NCBI GenBank assembly: GCA_040753215.1
Contig: JBFMEZ010000013.1
Coordinates: 69,199-133,198 of the forward strand
Direction: 5' to 3'
DNA length: 64,000 bases
Source of the DNA: Candidatus Micrarchaeota archaeon
Lineage (GTDB): Archaea; Micrarchaeota; Micrarchaeia; Anstonellales; Bilamarchaeaceae
The position numbers and the translations under genes are program-made. The notes beneath the pieces are model-generated. The model saw only the letters and a program-made list of their open reading frames with translations, was not told the origin of the DNA and searched no databases. Below are positions 1-9,999 of the stretch, piece after piece (within the stretch, counting starts at the first letter, position 1; each line of letters begins with the position of its first letter).

Positions 1-676
1 CCTGTATGATGTCCGCTCCTGCCTTCACGACATCCCTCGCTTCCTGCGGAGTCCTAACCCCCCCGCCAACTATGTACGGAACCTCAATCACCGAAGAGAC
101 CGCCTTCACCATCTCCAGGGGAATATGCCCCTCCGCAGGAGCGCTACCCGCATCCGTAAGCACGAACCTGAAGCCCATGTACTGCGCAGCAAGCGCATAG
201 GCGGCCGCAATCTTTGGCTTCGCCCTGGGCACAAGCTGCACATCCCCCACATAACCCACCGTTCCTCCCGGCTCCACCACCACGTACCCAACGGGCAGCG
301 GCTCCACCTTATACTTCTTTACCATCTCCGCGGCGAGCATCTGCGCCCTAGTAATCCAGTACGGATTATTTGAGTTCAATAAACTCATGAAATAGACCGC
401 GTCCGCATATTTCGTCACTGTTCCGATATTTCCCGGGAACAATACCACCGGCACATCCACGCTCTCCTTCACCCTCCTGGTTACGTTGTCCAGCATCTCC
501 CCCTGCACGCCGGTGCTGCCGCCTATGAGCACCACGTCCGCCCCTCCCTCATCCATGCTCTTTGCGGTCTTCACCGCATCATCAATGGAAGGGTAGTCCA
601 GCGGGTCCACCAGTGAAAAGAGCAGTGCGCCCCTGCGCTCCAGCCCATCGAGTATGTATTTCTCAGTCTTTCCCAT
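1..676 (-). CDS. Geranylgeranylglyceryl phosphate synthase (3' end runs off window)
   Basis: Manual translation MGKTEKYILDGLERRGALLFSLVDP..VLIGGSTG..VVLFPG..ADAVYFMSLLNS..YIVGGGVRTP matches GGGPS/PcrB motifs. Absent from the ORF track because it is partial. Confidence 0.9.
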   Translation of the reverse strand, partial: MGKTEKYILDGLERRGALLFSLVDPLDYPSIDDAVKTAKSMDEGGADVVLIGGSTGVQGEMLDNVTRRVKESVDVPVVLFPGNIGTVTKYADAVYFMSLLNSNNPYWITRAQMLAAEMVKKYKVEPLPVGYVVVEPGGTVGYVGDVQLVPRAKPKIAAAYALAAQYMGFRFVLTDAGSAPAEGHIPLEMVKAVSSVIEVPYIVGGGVRTPQEARDVVKAGADIIQ

Positions 677-737
677 GCGAATTCCCCCTAATTAGTCCGG
701 ATTTCTCTTTTTTAAACCCTACTTTCCAAACTTCACC

Positions 738-1253
738 ATGGAGGAGGCAACCCACATCATAATGACCGGCGGAACGATCGATTCTTATTACGACGCCCGA
801 ACCGACACCGCAGTTCCCCGCAGTGAATCCGTAATCCCGGGCTACTTCCGGAACATGAGACTATATGGCAAAATAGATTTTACACAGGTGTGCATGAAGG
901 ACAGCCGCCAGCTCACTTCAAAGGACAGGTCAAAGATTCTCAGGGCCATCGAGAAAAGCAAGAGCAGGAAAATAATCGTCACCCATGGCACATACACAAT
1001 GCCCGATACTGCTCGCTTTCTCGAAAAGAAGCTGAAGAGGCGCGACCAGGCAATCATACTCACCGGCTCGATGATTCCGATGGACGGATTCGTTTTCTCT
1101 GACGGCCCCTTCAACCTCGGCTTCGCGCTTTCGCAAGTCCGTATGCTGAAACCCGGAGTCTATGTATGCATGAACGGCCGCATCTTCGCGCCGGAGGATG
1201 TAATAAAAAGCCTTTACGAGGGCCGCTTCTCCTCAATACTTGGGGAGAAATAG
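738..1253 (+). CDS. Short asparaginase-domain protein
   Basis: TGGTID and VTHGTYTM asparaginase motifs; N-terminal domain only, 171 aa. Confidence 0.85.
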   Translation: MEEATHIIMTGGTIDSYYDARTDTAVPRSESVIPGYFRNMRLYGKIDFTQVCMKDSRQLTSKDRSKILRAIEKSKSRKIIVTHGTYTMPDTARFLEKKLKRRDQAIILTGSMIPMDGFVFSDGPFNLGFALSQVRMLKPGVYVCMNGRIFAPEDVIKSLYEGRFSSILGEK

Positions 1254-1368
1254 TTGATTAACAAAAGGAAGACAACCAGATGACCAAAGACGATATCGGA
1301 GACCTCAAGGATGCGATAAAAGAGTACAAGAAAGGCAGGGCTGTTTCCCTGAAGGGGATCTGACCAAC

Positions 1369-2301
1369 CTAACCTTTCCTTATCTTATACTCCTTCGTGA
1401 TCTCCTTTATTCCCTCTTCCAATCTCCTTGGCTTAAACCCCAATTCCCTCCTCGCCCTCTCCCATCCGAACGCCCTGTCCCCGCCCAGTATCGCAACATG
1501 TTCTCTCGTAAGTTTCGGCTTCTTCCCGAAAAGCGCCCCCAGCTCCCGCACCCTTCCAATAAGGTTCGCCATCCAGAAAGACATGTGTTTTTTCGGGGGT
1601 GCAACCCCAAGCTCCCTGCACGCAATTCCATAAATCTCCTCCTGCGTTTTGCTCTCCCCGCAAACCACATAAGTCCCCTGCCCCGCGTCAGTTTCCAGTT
1701 TCCGGCTTCCAGTCTCCCCTCCCCCCGCGGCTGCCGCGATAGCCCGCGCCGCATCCTCCACATGCACGAAGGGAACCCTGTTCTTCCCGTCCCCTATAAT
1801 GAACATCTTCCCTTTTTCCAGCATCCCCAGAATATAGAAATAATCCCCAAACTCCGGCCCATAGATGGTCCCAATCCTCAAAATCACGTGCCTCCCCTTC
1901 TTCCGCACAATCTCCTCCGCCTCCAGCTTGCTCCGCGAATAGGCCGAATCCGGGTGCGTGGGCGTCGCCTCATCAGCCGGAATCTCCTTCAATTTCTTCC
2001 CATATACAGAAATGGAGCTCGCCAGCACGATCTTGCATCTCTCCGGAGAATTCTCAACAATCCTTCTCGTGAGCTCCACATTAGTTTTCCTCATCTCCCC
2101 CTCGTCCCAAAATCGCATGGAGCCGGCAATATGAATAATACAGTCCGCATCCTTCAAAATCCTGCGCAAGCTCTCCGCCGAGAAGTCCGTAACAACCTCT
2201 CCCTTAAGCCCTTTTGCATTCCGGACCAGGGGCACCGCATCCACGAACCTGAGCACGTGCCTGCCCAATCTTCCAGAGGCGCCTGTAATGTAGATTTTCA
2301 C
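1369..2301 (-). CDS. NAD-dependent epimerase/dehydratase (extended SDR)
   Basis: ITGASGRLG Rossmann motif and YSRSK catalytic motif; GTG start at 2301; contains an in-frame repeat-derived peptide ETGSRKLET. Confidence 0.88.
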   Translation of the reverse strand: MKIYITGASGRLGRHVLRFVDAVPLVRNAKGLKGEVVTDFSAESLRRILKDADCIIHIAGSMRFWDEGEMRKTNVELTRRIVENSPERCKIVLASSISVYGKKLKEIPADEATPTHPDSAYSRSKLEAEEIVRKKGRHVILRIGTIYGPEFGDYFYILGMLEKGKMFIIGDGKNRVPFVHVEDAARAIAAAAGGGETGSRKLETDAGQGTYVVCGESKTQEEIYGIACRELGVAPPKKHMSFWMANLIGRVRELGALFGKKPKLTREHVAILGGDRAFGWERARRELGFKPRRLEEGIKEITKEYKIRKG

Positions 2302-2356
2302 GGAAAATACTCCCCCTCCGATATTTATATAAATACTCATAACACATAATATTACT

Positions 2357-4015
2357 ATGGGCGACACGTGCGGCCCCCAGCCGAATGGCTTCTCCCCGGT
2401 GTGCACCAGGGCCCGCCAGCTTGCGGAGCGCACCCTTAGCGGGCTCAGGGCAAGCGAGAGGAGGAAGCGCCACGGCCTTCTGGTCGCAGAAGGCGTGGAC
2501 GGTTATTTCCAGAAATTATCCCCGAGGGTAGAGCACGGCCCGCTCATGAACCGCCTGGTTGCATCCACAACACTATTAGCCCAAATCCACCAGCTCACCC
2601 TCTACGGAAGGGACCGGGGCGAGCTGAGCGAGTTCATGGGCGCGCTGGAGCGCGGAATTCCCACAATCCCGGGTTTTGGGGCGGACATGGGGCTGCCTCC
2701 GGCCATTTTTTGCGGAGACCTCCAGAGATACATAGAGCAGTACAGGACTGTTTTTTCACACAGCTACATCCTAAGCGAAGACTCAAAGATGCTTGATTTC
2801 GTACGCCTCATAAAGGCAGGGGGCCTGGAGCTCCCGCCCCTCCTCGTGGTGATGGCGGATTTCGCGCTTCCCCTCGAAAAGGCGGTTGAAGGGCTTCCAA
2901 AAGGCGAAACCGTTTCCGAGGGCAGGAGGAAGCTCTGGTCCGACAAGATAAGGGAAGTCGTCTTCCCACTCGCCGACCTGATAGGGTGGCAGGACGCCGC
3001 AAACAGCATGAGGCACAACGCGGTCCTCTGGAACCCGGACCTCAGCTACAAGCTGGAGGCAAAGGAAAGATGGCTGAGGGAGAACGCGGCTGCGCTGAGC
3101 GCAGCCGGAGCGCTGCTCCAGGAGATTTCAGACAGGGCAACCAGAAAAATCCTCGGTGAAGTGGATGGTAAACCGCCCCGGGTGCAATACGAAAAAGACG
3201 GCCCCATGACCAAGACCGGCGCCGCCATAGTCATAAAGGAGGACGAGAAGCCCGGCAAGCCCGTGATGGACCTCGTACGCACGCGCTACATCTTCCAGTG
3301 CGACGGGATGGCGGCAGAGGGCCGGGAAGGGACAAATGTACAGGACCTGGGTTACGAAGTGCTTGGCTCCTTCAGGTCTTCCGGCGCATTCAGCGGCCTT
3401 AAGATACAGGACAACTACCGGAAGCCCAAGAGGAGCGGCTACAGGGCAATCCACATCACCGGCTTCCTCCTGAACGGCTTCGGCATACCAGTGGAGGTAA
3501 TACTGATAGACGAGGATAGCTACAAAAACGCCGCCTGCGGAAGGTGCAACCGCGCGCTGTACAAAGGTTACAATGGAAGGGCCAACCCCGAAGATGTGGA
3601 GAAGTTCGAGGCGGTTGACAGGCTTCTGGAGCCAATCCTCGATGCGGCGCTCGCATTGTCCAAAATGCCAGCCCGCGCGCAGCAGGCTTCGCCAGCAACG
3701 CGCGAAGATACGGTCGCATACACAGTATATAATTCCGGGGAAAGCCAGCCGTGCGACGTTAAGCCGGGCAGCACTGTCCTTGATGTGATGGTCAGATATT
3801 ACTTGCGCACAGGGCAGCCTATCCGCAACGCCGAGGTTTACGAGGGCCCTAGCGAGGATGGCAGGAGGCTCGGCATTTATGAGAAGTGCCCGCCAGAAAT
3901 AACAATAAAGCCACTGGGTGAGTTCAGCTACGGGACGATACTGCAGGTGTACAGGAATCCCCGCGTGAACGGCGACACCAAGAGAGCGCTCCGCGAATTC
4001 TGCAACGGAAAATAA
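2357..4015 (+). CDS. Divergent RelA/SpoT-like protein with C-terminal TGS-like domain
   Basis: VVFPLADLIGW, MDLVRTRYI, DNYRKPKRSGYRAIHIT, IPVEVIL and GSTVLD resemble RSH synthetase and TGS motifs. Confidence 0.6.
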   Translation: MGDTCGPQPNGFSPVCTRARQLAERTLSGLRASERRKRHGLLVAEGVDGYFQKLSPRVEHGPLMNRLVASTTLLAQIHQLTLYGRDRGELSEFMGALERGIPTIPGFGADMGLPPAIFCGDLQRYIEQYRTVFSHSYILSEDSKMLDFVRLIKAGGLELPPLLVVMADFALPLEKAVEGLPKGETVSEGRRKLWSDKIREVVFPLADLIGWQDAANSMRHNAVLWNPDLSYKLEAKERWLRENAAALSAAGALLQEISDRATRKILGEVDGKPPRVQYEKDGPMTKTGAAIVIKEDEKPGKPVMDLVRTRYIFQCDGMAAEGREGTNVQDLGYEVLGSFRSSGAFSGLKIQDNYRKPKRSGYRAIHITGFLLNGFGIPVEVILIDEDSYKNAACGRCNRALYKGYNGRANPEDVEKFEAVDRLLEPILDAALALSKMPARAQQASPATREDTVAYTVYNSGESQPCDVKPGSTVLDVMVRYYLRTGQPIRNAEVYEGPSEDGRRLGIYEKCPPEITIKPLGEFSYGTILQVYRNPRVNGDTKRALREFCNGK

Positions 4016-4087
4016 TCAGCCGAAAATTATCGCGCTCTCTCTAGTCCTTATTTTCTGCGGCCGCACATAAGCTATTCTTTCCTTCAC
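4016..4087 (-). pseudogene. Diverged second copy of the 3' end of the adjacent methyltransferase gene
   Basis: Translates VKERIAYVRPQKIRTRESAIIFG*, versus the gene end VKERIADVRSQKIRTRESAILFDGGL*. Confidence 0.8.
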
Positions 4088-4088
4088 T

Positions 4089-4140
4089 CCAAGAGGAAGG
4101 GGGCGTCCCCCCCTTCTCTCCAGGGTACTCATAACCCCCC
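4089..4140. repeat. ~55-bp G5/C5 hairpin element; similar copy at 60562-60618, looser copy at ~44142-44195
   Basis: ccaagaggaagggggcgtcccc..ctctccagggtactcataacccccc versus ccaagaggaagagggggagttccccc..ctctctttagggtaatcatacctcccccc. Confidence 0.65.
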
Positions 4141-5277
4141 ATCAAATAGTATAGCACTTTCCCTGGTCCTTATCTTCTGCGACCTCACATCCGCAATCCT
4201 TTCCTTCACCGCGGCAATCCTTCCAGAAAATCCTATTCTCTCCCCAATCCGAATAAGGATCTCATCCACTGGTATATGCCTCCCCCCCAGCACCGAATTC
4301 CCCACAACCATGCATCCGCACGGCGCAATCCTTTTCAAATTCCGCAGCACCCTCTCCATGTCCGCAAAATACGTCCCCGCGATGGGGATATCCAGATAAT
4401 CATCCGCCTCCGGAGGCGCATCCCCAAACGATTCCCCGGTTATGAAGCCCCTCACTTCTTTCGCCCGCATTATTTTCGTACTATCTTTTTCCATGGTCAA
4501 TAGGCTCAGCTCCAGCCCATAAACTTTGGAATAATCTATATAGTTCAGGTAGGGCGGCGAGGTCACGAACGCATCCGCCTTCCAATCCTCGAACTCCCGC
4601 GCATCTTCCAATTTTAATTCCGGCTCCACAGTCAGTTTCCTGTTCCCCGTTTCCGGTTTCCTTTCTCTCTCCCGCAAATCCGCAACCATCCTCTTCACTT
4701 TCCGTTTAAACGCATCCTTAACCGGCATGGCGCTTTTCGAGGGCTCCTCCCGCAAGACCCCCCCATCCTTTATGAAAAATCCCACCTGCGGCAAAATAGA
4801 TAGCAGCGCAAGCAAAAACAGCCCGCCCACCCCCTCATTCTCAATTTCCTCAATGCTTTCCCTCAAATGTCGTATATCGTTATAGTTCCTCTTCCCGAAA
4901 AACCGCGAAGGATGGAACAGCTCAAACTGCCATATCCACCCCGGCTCTTTCCGTTCCTTAAACATCCCTTTCAATTCCCTCTCCGCCTCCTCCGCGTCCT
5001 TTTCCGAATAGTCCGCGCATTTCGTTTTCGTCACAAACAGCGCGAGGGGCGAAACATCTATCCCAATCCCCTTCATCCCGTGCTCCTTCGCATAGAGCAT
5101 AGTAGTCCCGATTCCGCAGAAAGGGTCGAACACTGTCCCGCCCTTCACTCCAAGCTCGCCCAATGCCCACTCCACCAATTGCGGAGAGTATGCCTCCTTG
5201 TAATAGAACCAGTTGTGCACGGGAATATCCTTCGCAGGCTCGAAGGTGAAATAGTCCCCTATTTCCATGCTTCCCAT
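4129..5277 (-). CDS. DNA amino-methyltransferase (N4C/N6A), no evident cognate nuclease
   Basis: VFDPFCGIGTT (motif I) and VTSPPY (motif IV). Confidence 0.85.
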   Translation of the reverse strand: MGSMEIGDYFTFEPAKDIPVHNWFYYKEAYSPQLVEWALGELGVKGGTVFDPFCGIGTTMLYAKEHGMKGIGIDVSPLALFVTKTKCADYSEKDAEEAERELKGMFKERKEPGWIWQFELFHPSRFFGKRNYNDIRHLRESIEEIENEGVGGLFLLALLSILPQVGFFIKDGGVLREEPSKSAMPVKDAFKRKVKRMVADLRERERKPETGNRKLTVEPELKLEDAREFEDWKADAFVTSPPYLNYIDYSKVYGLELSLLTMEKDSTKIMRAKEVRGFITGESFGDAPPEADDYLDIPIAGTYFADMERVLRNLKRIAPCGCMVVGNSVLGGRHIPVDEILIRIGERIGFSGRIAAVKERIADVRSQKIRTRESAILFDGGL

Positions 5278-5318
5278 TCCCCATCATGATTTTAAACGCT
5301 TTCCCACGAAAGAGAATA

Positions 5319-6533
5319 ATGGAAGGCGTGCAAAGAACACTCTTCGCATCCGCGGCACAGGATATAGCAAGAGAAATGGCAGGCAGGAGACTTAGTGCGC
5401 AGGGCAGAATGCATTCCTCCGCCCGCCCCATGCTTTTCAGGAGGCTCAGGAAGTATTCCCATCCTATTTATGGCCGCACGAGTTCCGGCCATCCTATACT
5501 CACCTTCCCATTGGACGTGCTCAACGTGGATGCGCGCGACCCCGCGAACGTCAGGATGTTCTTCAGGAGGGAGGAGAGGCTCCCGGCTGATTTCAGGGCC
5601 GGTCAGCCGGTCCCCCGCAGGCACGTTATGCACGTTTCAGATATTTTCCATGCGGTCCGCCAGCTCGCGCACGTTGCCGAAACCCACCGGCAGGAGCGGG
5701 GAAAAACCAATTCCGCGCTCGAGCTCGTGGAGCAGATAAACGCGAAGCTCATGGTGTTCGCGCAGAATGCAAGGGGCACGGAGGCGGCGAAGGCGGCCAA
5801 CCGGGAGATGGAGGCGATGCCCGAGATGAGGGCCCTTGCCTCGGCATACAAGCACATGGCCCTTGAGCAGCTCCAGAAGGCGCTCCGCCTTCTTGGGGAA
5901 GCGGAGAACAGCCCAAGGGCGAACCTGAAGCTCGGGGCCGCGTGCGCCTGTCTGGTCTCATTCCGCGCGCGCATGGGCGAATGGCGCGTGAGGCAGACCT
6001 TCAACATAGACGCTTACGACGAGCTGCGCGAGGCCTCCCTGCGCCTGCGCAGGGATAAGTACGTGCAGGGCCTCCTTGAATATTATGTTGAGATGCTCTC
6101 GGGCCCGAGGGCTTTCCAGGCCGCAAAGGCGGCTGTGGAGAACCACATACTTTCAGGCAAGCTCAGGGATTTCCATGGCTCAATACCAAAAGGCAGGGAA
6201 TGGAGGAATGAAGCGCGCAGGCTCCTCTGCGCAATCGGCCTGTCCCTCCCGCAGGAATCCGCCACGCGGAAGCTGCTCAGGGGCGCATACAGGCTTGCAG
6301 GGGAGGGCACCAAGGAGGAATTCGAGGAGAGGATGGGAGCTATCACCAGGCCCCTTCTCGTGCGCGACCTTCCTTACGCCGCGGACGAGCTTGAGAGGTC
6401 CAGCGAGCCCTACCGCATCCCAGTGATAGAAAAAATACGGTCCGGGTTCGCGGCAGTAGAGAAGAACACTCCCGCGGATGCGGTCCCGCTTTTCCAGGAA
6501 GCAGCCGAAATCCTCAGGAGGCCGGACCAGTAG
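5319..6533 (+). CDS. Hypothetical helical protein
   Basis: Long ORF with no recognised motif. Confidence 0.6.
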   Translation: MEGVQRTLFASAAQDIAREMAGRRLSAQGRMHSSARPMLFRRLRKYSHPIYGRTSSGHPILTFPLDVLNVDARDPANVRMFFRREERLPADFRAGQPVPRRHVMHVSDIFHAVRQLAHVAETHRQERGKTNSALELVEQINAKLMVFAQNARGTEAAKAANREMEAMPEMRALASAYKHMALEQLQKALRLLGEAENSPRANLKLGAACACLVSFRARMGEWRVRQTFNIDAYDELREASLRLRRDKYVQGLLEYYVEMLSGPRAFQAAKAAVENHILSGKLRDFHGSIPKGREWRNEARRLLCAIGLSLPQESATRKLLRGAYRLAGEGTKEEFEERMGAITRPLLVRDLPYAADELERSSEPYRIPVIEKIRSGFAAVEKNTPADAVPLFQEAAEILRRPDQ

Positions 6534-6583
6534 TCGGTTTCCCGTTTCCCGCTTCCAGTTACCCGTATTCGGTTGCCGTTCCA

Positions 6584-6970
6584 CTATCCTTTCTCCGCGC
6601 CTTCCTTGGATAATTCGTCCGCCCTCCCGTTCTCCTCCCGCGGAATCCACTCAAAATGAAGCGTCATCCCTTCTCCCGCCTTCCATATCTTTCCCATCAG
6701 TTCTCGAAGATGCGGCGCCTTCACCCTGAACTCGCCTTTCAGCTGGCTCACCAGCAGTTTCGAGTCGCTGCGCACGGAAAGCCCCTTAGCCCCAAGCTTC
6801 CCCGCCTCCTCCACCGCAATCAGCACCGCCTTGTACTCCGCCTCATTATTCGTCCCAAACCCAAGATGCCTGCTTATCTCCTTCACCACTTTCCCTTCAT
6901 GCACGAGCACAATGCCCGCGCCCATCCTCCCCGGGTTCCCGAGGCAGCATCCGTCCGTATAAGCAATCAT
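6584..6970 (-). CDS. rnhA: Ribonuclease HI
   Basis: YTDG..GNPG, GTNNEAEY, SDSKL, WIPREENGRADEL motifs. Confidence 0.92.
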   Translation of the reverse strand: MIAYTDGCCLGNPGRMGAGIVLVHEGKVVKEISRHLGFGTNNEAEYKAVLIAVEEAGKLGAKGLSVRSDSKLLVSQLKGEFRVKAPHLRELMGKIWKAGEGMTLHFEWIPREENGRADELSKEGAEKG

Positions 6971-6995
6971 AGGATACACCGTTTCCGGTTCCATG

Positions 6996-7051
6996 TCAAA
7001 CCGTGAAGCCACGGGAAACCAAGGGAACGATTGGGCAGCTTCATGGTTTGA
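6996..7051. repeat. Hairpin element; second copy inverted at 44976-45026
   Basis: tcaaaccgtgaagc...gggaacgattgggcagcttcatggtttga has terminal inverted repeats; a near-identical reverse copy lies inside ORF 44245-46170. Confidence 0.75.
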
Positions 7052-7143
7052 GTTTCCCGTTTCCAGCAAACATAGGGATTTTATCCCTTCTCTTAATAAC
7101 CCTACCCATGGCAGTGCTGCAAAAGATACACACATCCGGAAGG

Positions 7144-7587
7144 ATGATGTACGCAAAGGCAGTCCTCATAGCCCTCATCGCGGCATTCGCGTGGGCGCAG
7201 ATAGAGAAATTCCTCAGGCTGAATTACGCTGTCGTGTACCCGGCAATCGCCGCCTTCGCAATACTTATAATTATTGTCGCGTTCGTGCGCTCCAGGCTCC
7301 AGTCCCTGGAGATAACCGACGAGGGGGTGACCTCCCGCCTCGGCATCATAAACGTGAAGACGCAGTTCATCCCGTACAGCAAGATTGATTCGGTCAATGT
7401 GTCCCGCACGGTTTTCGACCGCATATTCATGCTCGGCACCCTCCGCATAGACACGCTCGCCAGCATAGGGACCGAAACCGTGATGAGCGGCATCCCCTCC
7501 AGAAACCTGGAGGAGGCGCTGAAGGCGATACAGTCAAGGATACACCCGGGTGGCCGCAGTGAAGGAGTCCCTCCTTATAGAAGATGA
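7144..7587 (+). CDS. Membrane protein with bacterial PH (bPH_2-like) domain
   Basis: Two TM helices, then GIINVKTQFIPYSKIDSVNV..DRIFMLGTLRI. Confidence 0.7.
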   Translation: MMYAKAVLIALIAAFAWAQIEKFLRLNYAVVYPAIAAFAILIIIVAFVRSRLQSLEITDEGVTSRLGIINVKTQFIPYSKIDSVNVSRTVFDRIFMLGTLRIDTLASIGTETVMSGIPSRNLEEALKAIQSRIHPGGRSEGVPPYRR

Positions 7588-8014
7588 AAAAAAAGCGCGC
7601 CGCCTCATCCTCCTCGGAGCGATGGAGGAAGATGGAAAGGTCCGCCTCCCTTATCTGGAGGCCGCATATTTCGCGGAGAAAGGGGAGATAGAGGGAGGTG
7701 CAGAGGAATTCATCACCCTTGCGCAGAAATCCGACCCGCTCGCCCCGGAAAAATATTTAGTTCTAAAGCAGCTCCGCGATTCCGGCTACATTGTGCGCAC
7801 AGGCGAATCAGCGGATTTCCTCCGCGTATATAAAAAAGGGATAAGGGTGGGCGAGGACCGCACTGCCTACCTCCTCCGCGTATTGAGAAAGGGCGAATCC
7901 CCGGACCTGCACGCGGATTTGAGGCTCGCCGGAAAGATGCGCAAGGAACTAGTTTATGCTTTTGTGGGAGAAAAAATAGAGTTCATAAAAGTCATGCGTG
8001 TGAATTTCGAGTAA
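7550..8014 (+). CDS. tRNA splicing endonuclease-like protein, probably non-catalytic
   Basis: LEAAYF, YLVLKQLRDSGYIVRTG, FLRVYKKG, MRKELVYA; the catalytic His position appears to be absent. Confidence 0.75.
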   Translation: MAAVKESLLIEDEKKARRLILLGAMEEDGKVRLPYLEAAYFAEKGEIEGGAEEFITLAQKSDPLAPEKYLVLKQLRDSGYIVRTGESADFLRVYKKGIRVGEDRTAYLLRVLRKGESPDLHADLRLAGKMRKELVYAFVGEKIEFIKVMRVNFE

Positions 8015-8055
8015 TTCCCAATGCTTTCTATATAAAAACATTTCTGGACAAAATA

Positions 8056-9513
8056 TTGCATATGCGGAAGCTCCAGAGGAACGATATTCCTGCCGGACAA
8101 GCGGATGCTAGACCTGTCTCACCAGGGCCCGGAAGGGAATGGCCGAGATGGAAGAAGATTGCCGTGGTTGCTGTTTCTGTTGTGCCGCTTATGGCCAGTT
8201 CCTGCAAAAAAATTATGGAAGCACTTGAAAATCGACAAAATGCCGAACCCACACCAATATCCGGGTCTATAGGAAATTGTTTTAACTATCCTACAGCAGC
8301 CCCAGAATCAAGATACCGCATAATTACGAAGCTGGACGACTTCTTGATTGGTACAGACCGCGCAGCCCGCTTTCAGGCTGCGAACTGCCTCGTAGATATT
8401 TCTGAGGGAGGCCGGTTAAGAGACAACGTTGTTGAGGCGTTGCAGGAATTCTATGCGGCCATGGAGCCTGCATCAAGAAGCGGACTGGTCGATGCGCTTG
8501 AGAAATCCGGCGATCTCCTTCGCCTGGCCATCATAGCTGGCAGCAATGGAACAGAACCCCAACTGAGGGACCGGATAGTTGGCATATTTGAAACCAAGCT
8601 GCACGAAGGTGTGAAGCTAGCCCCGACTATACTAGAACTACTCAGCCGAATTGCGATGAGCGGACAGGCAGAGCCGCAATTAAGGGGAAGGATAGTAAAC
8701 ATGTTGAGGAATATCTTGGAAAACAGCGACCCTCCCGCCCAAAGAGAGCTTGTCACCATGCTTACTGAAATTGCCAAGTACGATTATACCGAATCCCAGG
8801 TAAAAGATGGCATAATTGATACATTAAAAAAGGCAAATGCATTCTCAGAGCTTGCGGTCATCGCAATCGATGAGGGAGCACTGCGGCTGCGGGAAATAGC
8901 CGGCTGGCTTGCGGGCAGGGCAGGCGAATCCTGTGCCGAAGGCGTGACTTTTTGTGAGCGGGCTATTTCAGCGCTTGTTTTTATTGCTACACACGAGGAG
9001 ACGCCGCCGCAATTGAAAGAAAGCATTCTTACCACTCTTAGGAGAAACAGGGCGTTCTCCAGCCTTGCCGATGTTGCCACAGATAAGAATACCGAACCCT
9101 ATCTGAGAAGGGAAATACTGAAAATGTTTGGCGAAGCTTTGGACGATAAGAATGAAGGCGTGCCCCAGGCTGCCATAGATGCTGCGGCAGGCCTGCCTGT
9201 GTCCCAGAGGCTGGTTGATGTTCTGGAGGCGGCTTCTGCCCATCGGTTGAAGGATGTTCGCCTGAAAGCGATGAAAATCCTTTATCTTTTTGCGTGCGAC
9301 GATGAAATAAGCCTGCAGATGAGAACAAGGATAGTTGGCATCGCAACAAGGGCTTTGAGGGATGCAGACAGGGACATCCGGGAAAAGGCCCTGGAAGTGC
9401 TCGAAGGAAGTCTATCCGCTGATGACCTGGATACCTCATTAAGAGAAAGGATACTGGGAATTCTGGAGAGCGAGAGCCAGGTTTCCCGCCGGGTTATTGG
9501 CAGAAACTGGTGA
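8056..9513 (+). CDS. HEAT/ARM-repeat protein with N-terminal membrane anchor
   Basis: Repeated helical units (EPQLRDRIV, EPQLRGRIV, EPYLRREIL, ALRDADRDIREKA); hydrophobic segment near the N-terminus. Confidence 0.65.
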   Translation: MHMRKLQRNDIPAGQADARPVSPGPGREWPRWKKIAVVAVSVVPLMASSCKKIMEALENRQNAEPTPISGSIGNCFNYPTAAPESRYRIITKLDDFLIGTDRAARFQAANCLVDISEGGRLRDNVVEALQEFYAAMEPASRSGLVDALEKSGDLLRLAIIAGSNGTEPQLRDRIVGIFETKLHEGVKLAPTILELLSRIAMSGQAEPQLRGRIVNMLRNILENSDPPAQRELVTMLTEIAKYDYTESQVKDGIIDTLKKANAFSELAVIAIDEGALRLREIAGWLAGRAGESCAEGVTFCERAISALVFIATHEETPPQLKESILTTLRRNRAFSSLADVATDKNTEPYLRREILKMFGEALDDKNEGVPQAAIDAAAGLPVSQRLVDVLEAASAHRLKDVRLKAMKILYLFACDDEISLQMRTRIVGIATRALRDADRDIREKALEVLEGSLSADDLDTSLRERILGILESESQVSRRVIGRNW

Positions 9514-9520
9514 TTCCGGG

Positions 9521-9901
9521 TTATAGCCTGTTTTCAGTATATTCATTGTATATCTTCTCCACCGCCCTCGCGTCTATTTTCTTCCCGGAGCACACATGCG
9601 GCACCAGCCCCCCGGAAAATCTTTTCGGAATGTGCAGCAACTCATGAATAAGCACCTTCTTCTTCCTCTCTTCCGGAAGCGGGTCGAAGTTCTCGCTCAG
9701 CACTTCTATCACATAAAAAGGGTTTATCTCCAGCGCCTCCCTCCATATCGCGGGCAGGCTCCAAATCCTCGCATAAGCATTCGCCCTCGCCCCGAAGCTC
9801 CTCATGCATATTATGCGCGGGGAAATAACGTGCCTCAAACTTGTGCGCGCCAGTATCTCATCCAGCATCACCTGCACATCCGGCGCCTTCTCGCTTTTCA
9901 T
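9521..9901 (-). CDS. Putative metallopeptidase
   Basis: AYARIWSL and VLIHELLHIP (HExxH). Confidence 0.8.
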   Translation of the reverse strand: MKSEKAPDVQVMLDEILARTSLRHVISPRIICMRSFGARANAYARIWSLPAIWREALEINPFYVIEVLSENFDPLPEERKKKVLIHELLHIPKRFSGGLVPHVCSGKKIDARAVEKIYNEYTENRL

Positions 9902-9999
9902 GCCTGCCCTTCGCAAAAAGAATTTATAATGCATGCAAGCAGGCCCGGCGCCCGAAGCATTTAAAAGTTATGCATACAAAGCATACTTGTGTGATAAGT

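Noticed and set aside
4016..4209. DGR template/variable repeat pair
   Set aside because: Mismatches are not confined to adenines and are mostly synonymous; there is no reverse transcriptase in the window.
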